A stretch of DNA of 64,000 bases, taken from assembly GCA_002633005.1 (NCBI GenBank), contig NMRA01000016.1:1315481-1379480 (forward strand), read 5' to 3'. Position 1 is the stretch's first letter. The number at the start of each line of letters is the position of its first letter. This DNA is from Phoronis australis (lineage: Eukaryota > Animalia > Phoronida). The translations under genes and the position numbers were made by a program. The notes under the pieces were generated by a model that made no database searches, was not told where the DNA came from, and was given only the letters and a program-made list of their open reading frames with translations. Below are positions 25,069 through 37,200 of the stretch, one piece after another.

Positions 25069-28000
25069 AATGATGCATTAGCTGGTGACGGAACAAAATC
25101 GACCATCTCGTCACCCGAAACCTAGAACCCTTCGTCATAGATACCCTAGCACATCTATGCATTAAGGCTCGTACCTGTACAACTGCTCGTGGAAATGATA
25201 AGTAACTTGTGTGCTTGCAAGTACACGAGTACCATTTGCTTGATGGATGGCAAACTCTAACAACACTGCAATAAATTAAAGTGGCATAGAACCAGCGATC
25301 TAATGTAAGGCCCTTACCACCACAGCTGTCCATTGCAATAAAGTGTAAATTTTGTACTTCAACAAGTTCACTGTGATCGTAAATCCAAATGGCATCTTAA
25401 ATGGCAATGTTAGGCCTACTCCTGGACCCGAAAACACTTACATGTACCAAATAAAACCTTATTTTAGGTGTTCCTTTTGTATTTTCTTTTGTCTTTTCGT
25501 GCTACAAACGTTTTTTTTATCAGTATTTGACCCTTATCGACTGTCATCGATTATTTCCGTACCCACATTTCCTGCTCATCAGTTCAGGAACTTGTCTTGA
25601 ACGCCGCCATTTTTTCTTGTGACTGAATGTGCTACCGGTTGCTCAAAAAATCGTCATTATTTTGTTTTATACCGCATTATCAGCCTGACATGGCCAATAA
25701 AACAGTTAAATAACCCATTTAGTTGTTCAACGCGAGGTGAATAACATTTTAGTGGGAAACCAAGGCAGGTTTCAAACCCGCTCCGCAAGAGTTTCGAGTG
25801 ATCGACTTAACCAATGAGATAAATATAGGTAGAGTTGAAGTCACTTGGTTTTAGTAGAGCGGAGTGGTCCGTCATCTTGCTGGTGAACCATGTTAGTCAA
25901 GATGCGTGTGTACTGTGTGGTATCTAGGAACCAATATCGGTTTCAACATGTGATTTCAAGTTAAGACTCAATTTTATTCTGAAAATTCCCCAGCTTCCAT
26001 CAGGCCACCGTGTTTAGTGTTTACATGTACATAGCGTTCATCATCAATATGGCGGTCCTCGTGTCATGCGCTGCCTCTCTTGCGACGTGTCGTCTCTATG
26101 TATCTAGCTCATTGGACTTAACCGCTGCGCAACTCAGCAGCTGACGCCATCGAATGTGAAAATAGAACACTTAAATGAGCACGCGCAATAACGGCGTGTT
26201 CAACAAACGGCATTGAATCGATATTTATACGCTATGAAAAATAAGACACGCAATTTCATTAAAAACGGCATCCTTAATTCAGTAAAATTTATCTGTCATT
26301 TTCTCTCGCTTGTAAATCATCTATCTCCAGTTTTGAATGCCGGTAACGTGTCGTCGGGATCCTCAGCAACCAGTGCGGAACTACTTTAGCAGACGATATC
26401 TTCACATTGGAAGCCTAGCATGATAAGACGGTGTAGTAAGCTAGACTAGTAGCATAAAACTTATTTTACAGATTCACTTTATTTCTATTTTGTTTAAATT
26501 TTCAATTGGTTTTAAGTAAAAATATCATTTTAACAAGAATGACTCGGTTTTTCTTAGGAGGTCACGACCTCCGACTACGGGCCTTGAACATAGAAAGTAG
26601 TTACAAAAGCCGAGACCAGCCGAGAAAGATAGATCGATTCATTGCAATGTTTATCGTTCAATATTTGGTATAAATAGATTATTACATGTTCTCAGACGTT
26701 ACCCTCTTTATCTAGGGCCCTCTGGATTTGGTAGAATTATTGCCCGAGGGGCTCTGGATTTTACGGGGGATAACGACTTCTCCATGTAAATACACAAATC
26801 GTACCGGGAGTGGCGTACATGAAGTAATATCCCACGAGACGTTATTCTGCGTATCGACCGAGACCGCTAAACAGGTAAAAATCAATGGGGCCAGAAGCAG
26901 ATCTACGGGGGTTCAGGGGTTTAAACCCCCCCTCGGGCCAGGACCCAAAAATTAAAAAAGAAAAAAAAACAAAAACGTCTCCACCAAAACAAAAACGGCA
27001 CCGCCAGCGTGTGTAAGCCCCGAGTAAACCAACTTGGAAAAAATGAAGGGGGGGTTCACTCTGAAAATATATTTTTTGCATTGTGAATTGCTGTTTTGAA
27101 AATCAACGCGTTTCGAGTCTTCGTGGCTCATCGACAAAACCCCGGAGATCAATTGTGCGCGTGCTTCCGACGACACTTCTGAAGTAGCCAAACATTTTAG
27201 ATGGATTCACCGCTGAAAAAGCAGATCTATAGCTGATTTCTTTGGTAACTAGTTTCTTTACTCTAAGATATGTTTTGATTTGATTAGGGGAAATACTGTG
27301 GTGCCGCAACCCTGATATTCAGGCGAATCGACGAGCAACGTTTTTACCTCATCTGTCGTGCCGTGTCATCCTATTACACCCCACACGTTTGTAACTCGAA
27401 TTTGACTGGTGTATTGTAAAGTTGTCTTGCACAATATCATACAGTTTACATGTACAGTACATGTAATACTTTTGAAAAAAACACTCGTTTTCCGAAGAAT
27501 TGCTATTGTGGTGGGGGCCTTGGTCTGGTCGCGAGTCTGTTTGAAGATTATGGCACTCTAACAAGTTATGTCTATGCAAGGAATGACCAAGGGGGCACTC
27601 ACATTTACAAAGTGACCGCATTGTGTACAGTACCAGAAATTGCGGGGAGGCTGTATTTTCACAACAAAGCCTTGCGGGAGCCCTAGTGCCGATCTCAACA
27701 CCTACCGTCTTTCTACCTGCAATAAGCACCACTGCCGTTTTCTATAATGGGAATTTCCGCAGAAAGGCCCACCCGACGAAACGCCCATGCCCATTGGGAC
27801 GTTTATTTCGAAAATTGCAAGAGATGCAAATGGGTCCTGGGATACATCGTCAAGGTTTGAAGTAGTCCATGATGAACGGAACAAATTTAGTTGCGCATGC
27901 TGTAAGTCTTTTGAACGGACTTGGTAACCTCAGGGGGCTTAGGGTCAACTGAGCTGCGAAGCGAGATGCTGCATTGTAGAGGTGGGCAATCTCATTGACA

Positions 28001-28544
28001 CAACAGTTGACGAAGTGCAAGCGTTGGGAACAAACGTCGAATATGTCTGGGTGGAATGGTTCTAAGACAAGCAAACCATTGGATCCGATATACAGACTCC
28101 TCGGCAGTCTACACAGCAGGAAGATAGGACCAACGTTCCTGGAGAAACACCCAGGTAATAAGTTATAATTATGCACAGTTTGTAATAATGTCGGTTTTTT
28201 ATGCTTGTGTACGATGAAAACGAAATAGAATTTATTTTTTAAGCATGCCAAATTTACTCAGTATACCAGAGAGTCTACGAGCGAACAGAAACTGATTCTG
28301 GTTTGTATTTCTACATGAGCCTATCTGCTTCATATCCAAAATCTTATTTCATGTAGAGCGTAGTTAAATCTGTACCCAATACTTGTTTCTTCCAGTGAGT
28401 ACTACAGAACGGTGCGAAAACCCTTCCTAGACAACCTCTCGCAGCAGTTGACCACCAGATGTGTAAACTACACGTATGAGCAACCACTGGGGATCAAGAC
28501 GTGTCTAGAGAGAAGTTTCAATTCGAAATTTTTTGCAAAGTACG

Positions 28545-28812
28545 TTTTAGGTCTCACGACGGACCAGGCCAGCTTGATTTGTGTAGATATCGAGTTTCAG
28601 TGTACTTCTGGTCCCTCGGCGAACTAGTCTTGTGATGTTTTTTACCAAAGTGTGCTTTGTAAAACTATTTATCTCAGCCAGTACTGTTTGGTCCCGCGAC
28701 AGATCGACTATTTTTATAGGAATAATAAGCACAGGTGTACTTTTGGTCTCTTGACGTACCAGGCCAGAGTTTTTGTGTACTCTCAGTGTACATCTGGTCC
28801 CTCTACGAACTG
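28545..28812 (+). repeat. Imperfect tandem duplication (about 195-bp period)
   Basis: GGTCTC..GACG.ACCAGGCCAG...TCAGTGTAC.TCTGGTCCCTC..CGAACT occurs at about 28550 and 28745. Confidence 0.65.
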
Positions 28813-29665
28813 CTTCTGCATATCTTTTCACCACGGTGTTGGCCTACGGAGTGTTTTGGTTTCGTGAAACTGTTTTCAGATGATTTGTTTCCTGATACAT
28901 TTGACGTTTTTCAATTGTTGTCAACGTGATTCAGCTTAATAAAGTGATACTTAATTGTTTGTTGTTGCTTTTAGTAATAGACTATGAGCTGAAAGCACCA
29001 TCGTTCGCCAGTTTTTTTCTTAACGAGACAGAACACATGTTTATTTCCAGACTAACAGTACAGGTCTTCATTCTTAAACAGCTTGCGGCTGTTGCGATCA
29101 TCTGATATTCAAGTTTTTATGCCCCGTGGGTGCTCCTTATGCACGTCAACGTTTGGTAGTTGTCTAAACCCCTGTATACACACCACACTTTCTCGTATGC
29201 TAAAAAGGTGTGTGTAAGCAGACGTTCCAACAAAAAAATTTGCTGGTGGTGTGACTCATACCAAGATGTTCACAAATATGGTTTCACGAAACTTATGAGC
29301 CAAGTTCATGTGACGAAATCGAGAAGGGCTTTTAATTATCTCAAGAAAAAACTCCAGGGACATGTTAAGTGCCAGAAACGTACCAGGATGCATGGAAATT
29401 TCACTGTTTGGCTACAAAAACAAAAAGTTGTCTTACCCCCCTCCCAACNCGCCTCGTATACGACCTTTGCGGGAATCCTAAACTCCCCCCTTACTGAAAA
29501 CGTAGATCCGCCACTGCATAGACTATAGTAGATGGGCCGCCAACTCCGTATACTTTCAATGGACGAAATCTGTAATCTTACGCATAAGCCCTTACGTCAT
29601 TATTCAGTGGCGACACCTGGCTAAATTTCTGGTGCAATTTCCGGCAAGAACGTCGTCTGGCAATC

Positions 29666-29863
29666 ATGGTCGGCTTCTGTGTGGCCGGTTGTTTGGCCAC
29701 ACAGGCGAAATGCAAAGGAATTAGCTTCCATACCATCCGAAGATCCCATAATCGGCTGTGGGGAGAAAACCTTATTTCTTGTGTCAACGTGAATGGCAGT
29801 TGTTTCAGCAATAAGACTTTATACATTTGTTCTGAAAGGCACTTTGAGGATGAACGTTTTTAA
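29666..29863 (+). pseudogene. Degenerate THAP domain (transposon-derived)
   Basis: MVGFCVAGC...ISFH...LW...YICSERHFED fits the THAP C2CH pattern, with the conserved FP lost and an early stop. Confidence 0.75.
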
Positions 29864-31713
29864 GAGGCTCTAGTAGGCCTACTACTTAATCCTGTCTTTA
29901 CAAATCCATTTTTCTTTTCTCCGTTTTGATGAAAACTATCCGGTAAACTTTTTGACGAAAATTGTCCGCTAAATTTCTTCCAAAGGTAGTGACTCGTGAA
30001 CTCTTGTGCTTACGAGGAACTTTAGTCATAGTCTAGTGAGCGAATTAACCAAATTACTCTTCGCTGGCCCTGATCAGACGGTTGGTCTCAGCAGAACGCG
30101 CACATTTGGCCAGGATTTGGACCAGCGATTTCAACAAATTCACATTCGTGTACAAATGAATAGAAAGCTGGTAAAACTTTTAACATAAATAAAGATTACA
30201 TTAATACTTCAGAAATAACCACCTGGACCAGTCAAAATCTATCTCACAATTCAACAACAGGTTACACACTCATATCATGTCGAATATATGCCACACAAAA
30301 TCTCTCGACGGCACTGAGTCTATGAAAATGCGACCAACTTCTTTGAAAACATGGAACTGGAAATTACACCAGAGGGTTGTGAAGGTTGTTTTTATTCTTC
30401 AATGTTAAATTTTTGTAAGCGAACAAATGGTTTTTAAATTTCCGCCTTAAGTCCTAACATTTCCAAACTTAAGTCGTTCAAACGAACGTTTATGACGAAA
30501 AAATTCTTCAACCAGTTTTGTAAAGTCCTATGCCAACTTTAGGGTACATAATGAACCAACAAAAGGGTCCCGTGCCTCCTGAAATATTACCGTATTCGCC
30601 CTAATAAGCTGCCAGGGCGATAAGAAAAATCCGCTTCAGGAAGGGGGGCTGCATATTATAGCCCAAAAATGGTTGAAACACGGTCTCTGAAACAGGTGAA
30701 ATCATAAGCTAAAATTCATCAAAATTACGCTCTGTGACGCATCTGTAACCTATGACAGAGTTTCTACAAAACAGCAGTGCATTGCTATCAAACTTTGTTG
30801 TTAACTTACGAGCATTTTTCAGAAAATCCCACTGCCAAAAATTGCCGTGAATCTGGTTTCAAGCTCCTCAGCTTTGTTTAACTATATATTAATAAACCAT
30901 AAAAATGGTTCCAAGTGATCAGTGCAATGGGCCCACATGCGCTGCCTGCGCACGTCTGGTAAAACGTTTATCATTCAGCTCCTGATTTGAACAAAGGTCT
31001 CGTTTTTTTAATTTTTCGTCCGGTATAAATAACGCTACGGACCTCGAAATCCAGCGAAACACTTCTACCTTACAAATCTGACAATCCCTAGTCTCAGTAA
31101 ACTTGAGCACCCAGCAAAAGATACTAATGATGAAATTCCGGTGATGATAATCACCCACTTTGTTTATTTATTTCACCTATAGTTGGTAAAATGAAGCCCA
31201 TTCGAGTAAGCACCATGTGGGTCCCAATGCTATCCCAACATATGATAGAACCCAACAAGCTCAAGTTGCAGTCAAATCAGGATGGGCATAAATAAGCAAA
31301 TTTACTGTATCAACAGATTGGCCAAATAAGAATAAGATACAAAGTGTTGCTACAGTGCACACGTGCACGATACTTGGTCTATTATTTTCCCGCCGTAAAT
31401 GCATGAACCAATCAGATCACCAATGGCGCAAAGTTTTCGAAAACAGCTCGATTCTTACGGAGTCCTGTTATTGCTCTATTTATTTTCAACTTTATTGTGT
31501 TACATTTAATTTATTTTCTGTTCAACTCAATGAAGCCACTTAATATGAATGCATTCAACACAGTTAATGCATTGTAAAAACCAAAAGTTATGCTCTATGA
31601 ACATTAGACGAAATCAGTACACCCCTTTTTTAAAAAATGGGTTAAAAGTTAGAAACAAAGGACACCAGTTTCCATCACTTGTAACGTCGATTTTCGACAT
31701 TGATGTTGGGGAG

Positions 31714-32788
31714 TGTCAGAATATAGTCTGACAGTATTTTATTTGTATTGTATTGTATTGTTTTGTTGTTCTGTTTGATTGGCATGACCCCTGAGTTAAG
31801 TACAGTGATGATATAATTTGTTTACTACAAAATAGTGGTGAACTTTCTAGAAGACTGAGGTCAGAACAGTGATGATCTAATTTGTTTACTGCAGTATAGT
31901 GTGGAACTTTCTAGAAGACTCTAGCATGACAGTGATTAATGCAGTCTGGAATATTCTAGAGACTAGTATATGTTTGTAGAATGATTAGGTAGATTCAGGA
32001 AAGTTCTAGAATGTGCTTGAATTGATGTAAAATTCCAGAACAATGCATTAGGCTATAAATACACAAGCACGGATTTGTGTTAGACAGATCAAGTCAGCAG
32101 TTCCTGAGAAGATCAAGTCGGGAGATTAAGTCAGTTCAAGAGAAGATCAAGTCAGTTCAAGTAAGTCAATCAGGAGAACTACAGTTGAGTTGCAGTGAAG
32201 AGAATCGGCAGTTACAGCTATAGTCAATAGAGAGCCAGCTATAGAGATAGCAGGTTATTGAATCGACGAGTGTAACAGTTGCTGAACGTGTCTCAGAAGT
32301 TCATCACAAGTAAAGGCTTCGCAGCACTGGCTGGAGTATAAACAGACATTACATCGGACGTTTTGTTTGAGTAGGCTTGTGAACGTACGGTCAGGATTAA
32401 TAAAGGATTAACTCGAACCAGTCTTCAGTCAATCGTTGCACCGAAAGCTATTAGCACCGTTTGGTAACCACCTGCGCCCACCCACACACGGGGAAAAACG
32501 TGACTAACACAAACCCGTGCTTGTGTATTTGTAGCCTAGTGAATTGTTCTGGAACTTTTTATCAATTCAAGCACATTCTAGAACTTTCCTGAATCTACCC
32601 AACCATTCTACAAACATATACTAGCCTCTAGAATATTCCAGACTGCATTAAACAGTCATGCTAGAGTCTTCTAGAAAGTTCCACACTATACTGCAGTAAA
32701 CAAATTACATCGTCATTGTACTCAACTCAGGGGTCATGCCAATCAAACAGAGTAACAAAACAAAACAATACAACTAAAAATACTGACA
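31714..32788 (+). mobile_element. LTR-like element with inverted U3-like ends, TG...CA termini and 5-bp TSD
   Basis: GGGAG|TGTCAG ... CTGACA|GGGAG. TATAAATA at 32054 and AATAAA at 32399. 32504-32788 is the reverse complement of about 31729-32083. Confidence 0.85.
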
Positions 32789-34054
32789 GGGAGGAACATC
32801 AGTCTGGCGACAGCAACACAAAATCGTACGACGGCGATGATTTTCAAAATTTAATTCGTTTTTGTTGTATGTCTTTCATAGTTTTTCCCTACGGTTCAGG
32901 TTACTTCTGAGTCGAGGAACAAAGGAACAAGAACCGAAAGAGGCAGGGTTCGTGATAACGTTGGAGAACGGTTACATTTATATAAGGTGTTACAACTGTC
33001 ATCGATATTGTCATCTCCTCTGTTTTCATCCAACCTTCTCTGATGAAAACTTGAATGAAGAGGACATTCAGTACTTGAGTGAGCACGGTATACTGTGTGA
33101 TTTATGTTGAATTATTCAACGGTTCTTTTAAGAACCATTTCACGCTATACCTAAGGCTCATGCACAGTACAACCAACGGTCCTTTTAAGGGCCACTCAAC
33201 ACTTCCCAGAAGAACTTATAAACATGCAAAGGTTAAACTAGTCAAATCGTTGCAGAGGCGCACTTTTTAATTCGAACAAAATTAATATTTTTCTAAACCA
33301 AAAACGTTATATAAGGATCTTTTGCATTCACAGGTACTCGTTCAAATTTGTGCACAGAATGCTTTCGTAGTTTTCTCAGTAGGCCTGTGTAAACCATAAA
33401 TCACAAACTGTCCGATAACTATTCTGCTATTGGGCAAGCAGACGACATAATCAGGCGGCACCGAAGTTTCAATTTTGTAATTAATTACCAGTAGCATTGC
33501 CAAAAGTACTCACAATACCAACACTTCTACTATTGAAAGACTTTGAAAAGTGTTTCAATGCCGAAATTAATATTTTTTCGTTGTTTTGGACAGTAAAGTA
33601 GATGCAAATATTTCTCGTCAAAATACACTAACCGGAAACTGTACCAGAAAGGTCAGGAGATAACCTGGTTCCCGGGCCTCACAAGCTGACGTCACGGATT
33701 GCTTGTGAAGGCCCAGGTACAGGGCACTAGAACGATGGATTTCATTGGCTGTCAGCTGGCAATTTTTAACCAGGAAGTTGGTTCTGCGCATGCTTACATC
33801 CGGTAATACGTTACTAGGTCGCTAGGTGTCGCGAAAGTAAAAGTTATTTTGCGAGTTGCGTTTGCGGTCGGAACTCTGGTGAGGTAGCTGTTTATATTGT
33901 TATATTATCAACAAACTGTGCAGAAATTCACGTCATTATCGATTCCTTATTATGAAAATAAATAAATCTGAATTAACAATGGCTTCTCTCTTTTCACTTG
34001 ACTTTTTCAGTTTCATTATTTACGCTTTATAGTAGGAAATGAAAACGTCTCTTG

Positions 34055-34204
34055 CAGTTGCGAATCCAGGATTTTGAGTTGGGCCGGGAGGAGGGGGCAG
34101 GGGCAAGGGCAGAGTAATTTGACCTTCAGACATTCACACCCCCAAACTTCCAAATTGAATCTGGGTTAATTTTATGCAGGGCCACCGCCCCCTTGCTGCC
34201 CCCC
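34055..34204 (+). mobile_element. Copy of the 150-bp hAT5-like MITE, interrupted at an N
   Basis: CAGTTGCGAATCCAGGATTTTGA... is homologous to 15898-16051. Confidence 0.7.
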
Positions 34205-37200
34205 NTTTTCAACCCTTCAGGTAGTTACAATTCCCGAGCTACACTCCTACCCTCGTTGCCATAGTTTTTTCTTCCCATTTCCCTCTTTGAGGTGGGACCC
34301 CGCACAACTTGAGGGTCCTAAGCCATTCAGATCACCTTGGGTGTATTCTGAGCCTTAAATTTCTCCTTTAAGGTGAATGTAACCTGCGTGACTTTCAAAC
34401 TTAGTGGAGAATGATTGGCCATAATGACCAAAAGTTCGAGCATGCACTGAAAACAATTACTTCCAAGGGCATCCAGAACACCTCGGATGTTTTCGTAACC
34501 TCAAATTTCACCTAATAGCTGAATGCTTGCTGCATGTGTGCGGATTTCAGTTAGCCTCAGTTATTCTCAATACTGAAATTCACGTGACTTGCCATATTTT
34601 GGATAACGTTCATCTTCCAGAGGATATTTGAGGCTAGGAAATTACCTGAAGTGTTTCGAAGAAAAATTTGTAAGTATGAAAATATAGCCGTCGTGTTCCA
34701 GATGTTCTGAGGGTAAATTTGTAGCTACGAAAATACCCAAGAGGTGTCCCAAATGGGACCTAAGCTTCAGTGTTATGCATAATATGGTACTAGAAGAATC
34801 TCCACCCATTTAGACTGTGGCTAAAAAACATTAGGGTTGTAGTCCGAGGTTTGAAGTTCAATAGTAATGTATTAGCTTAATGTTACAATTGCACAATATT
34901 TTCACAAGGGTTAATGCTAACAACTGAATCCTTTCGTAGTAATTCTTGAACGGCTGTCTTTTTCATCCATTAAGCTTGAAATAGTCGACTCAGTGATTCC
35001 AGTTGTTAAAAATGAATCTGGTGTCCAAACTTTTAAAAATACAGGTATCGTATTAAAAACCCCTCTGCAGTAGGAAAAAGGTACCATTTGCAGTGTTTTT
35101 AACTTCCAGAGTGAAACCCGTTATATTCATGGAAAAAGCTTGCTTTGGTAGGGATTTTTTGAAGCACTATTTTGAAGAAAAATTGCCCAGCCAGGTGTCA
35201 TGTACTGTATAAACCTGTGGGAGTACCCCCTGTAATGGTTTTAGGAGGGTACTCTGAAAGCCCAAAGATGGTGAAATGAACCCTATCCCTATATACCTAA
35301 CAATGTGGGTTGAACATCTTGGAAAGTACAAGCGCAATTGTTGATTTCAGAATGCGCTTATCAGATGGTGTCTTCTGGCTTCCAGATTTCCTTCGAATTT
35401 ATTGCTATGAATGCGTCTTGTGTGAAAAAGAATAAATTTTGATCTGAACAACTTACCCCTGTATACAGGAATTGGAATGACTAAAAGAAGAAAATGTTCC
35501 AGGTAATCTATCATTTCACAAATAGGCTTGTGTTATAGAAATATTTTTTGTGTTGTAAAATTTAACTGAAGTAAATGTTTGCATGAATCAAGTCAAAATA
35601 ATGATAAGAAAAAAGAAGCTGGAAGTCAAATAAGAGGAAATAAAAACAAAAAATAGAAAATTCTCTTAAAAGAGGAAAATGCCAAGTCCTGTATATATCC
35701 CTGTCTCAACTTGTTCCTTAGTGGACTTGGAAGAACTCAAACTTTGCTAGTGCTCAAAGCCATGGTTATTGCACCAGGTCTTGAGCAAAAACAAACTATC
35801 AGTTCAATGGAAGCCAATATGCCACGTCTAATCTCACTAAGGATCAGTACGAGATCAAGAATCTAATCACGAGCACACACGTGAAGATTGACACCGGACA
35901 TTGCTGGACATGCCAATTTTCATGCGAACAATTGTGATTAGATTTTTGCTACTATTTTGGCCAAAAACAACATTGTTAGTACGAGACCAATCTTATATTG
36001 TTACATGATGGTCCTAAAAAGAGGTTGGGTTAAAAATAGCTTGAAAAATGGTACACTTTGTGGATAAGGAACTTAAAAAGGATTAATTTTTTCAACACAG
36101 TTTAGTACAGATGTTTTCTTATTCTCCACATATAAATGCTTTTTGGGCTAAACAGATTCTAGCCCAGTCTTGTATTGATTGATTTAAAACCCTGAAAAGG
36201 GATTACGTGATCATGTTTTGGGAATACACCTCTAGAGTGAAGCTTTCAATCCAAATCAAACTCGAAATTGTTTTTGTCACTTCCACTCCACTTTCTTGAG
36301 AGATCAAGATAGACTAATTGAGTACTTAATGACCACTAGATTCGAACTAAAATTTGAGTAAAAACTTTTTAAGATTTCTAGTAAAACCTCGAACTCAGAC
36401 TCGAGCTTTTAGCTCTAATGCTGGGATCATTAACTGCCATCAATAAGCTCTCAAATATAAAATAAAAGAAACTCATCTCGAGTTCAAACAAAATAGAATA
36501 GAAAATAAAAAATCTTGGGCCCAGGTGTTACTTTCATAACAGTCTATGCTTTCACAATGCAGTGAATGTGCAACTTGAGTGGAAGTCGGGTCTTTAATAA
36601 CCTATTCCCCCAGCAGCACTGGTGTAGTCAGAATTATTCAACAGAGGTTGCCAAAATTGAAATTGTTGGCGACCAATGATTGTGACTGAAATGAGAGGCA
36701 ACCTGGAGGCACTGCAGGAACAAGGGACAGGGGAGCTAGGCAAGCACAAAACTGAAATGAGTTGCTATCAGGGGAAGGGTCTGCAATGAAGATGGTGTAG
36801 CCTTGTTGTGGGCCCTATGGCTATGTTAATGCCTTGGTACTTCAGTCTATCCCTAAACTAGACCATATTTCTAATCAATATATCAGCAAAATAAAGTTCC
36901 CAATGGTTAGAAAAATTTCTTGGCATGTTGTGTTTTTAGCCTATGAGTGTAATATTTATAGGAACACGTTAATGATGTCACAGTTTTTAATTTTGAGTCA
37001 ACGTGAGGGTGTTTGCCAGTGCGAATGTTCTGAAGCATTTCACACTGCCCAACTCTTGCCACGAGGAGGCCCCCTCAATAAGAGTCAAATTGGTAATTTT
37101 GAAAAACTTTTCGAAAAGACCGAAATGTTGACTAAAATCACTGCTGTATTATGTAGATCATAACAACAAGAATGAAACACTACAATGTTGCTCAAAACAC

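Noticed and set aside
26892-29516. Possible 2.6-kb hAT-like element bounded by CAGAAGCAGATCTACG / CGTAGATCCGCCACTG
   Set aside because: No TSD, and an N join at 29449 makes pairing the ends unsafe.
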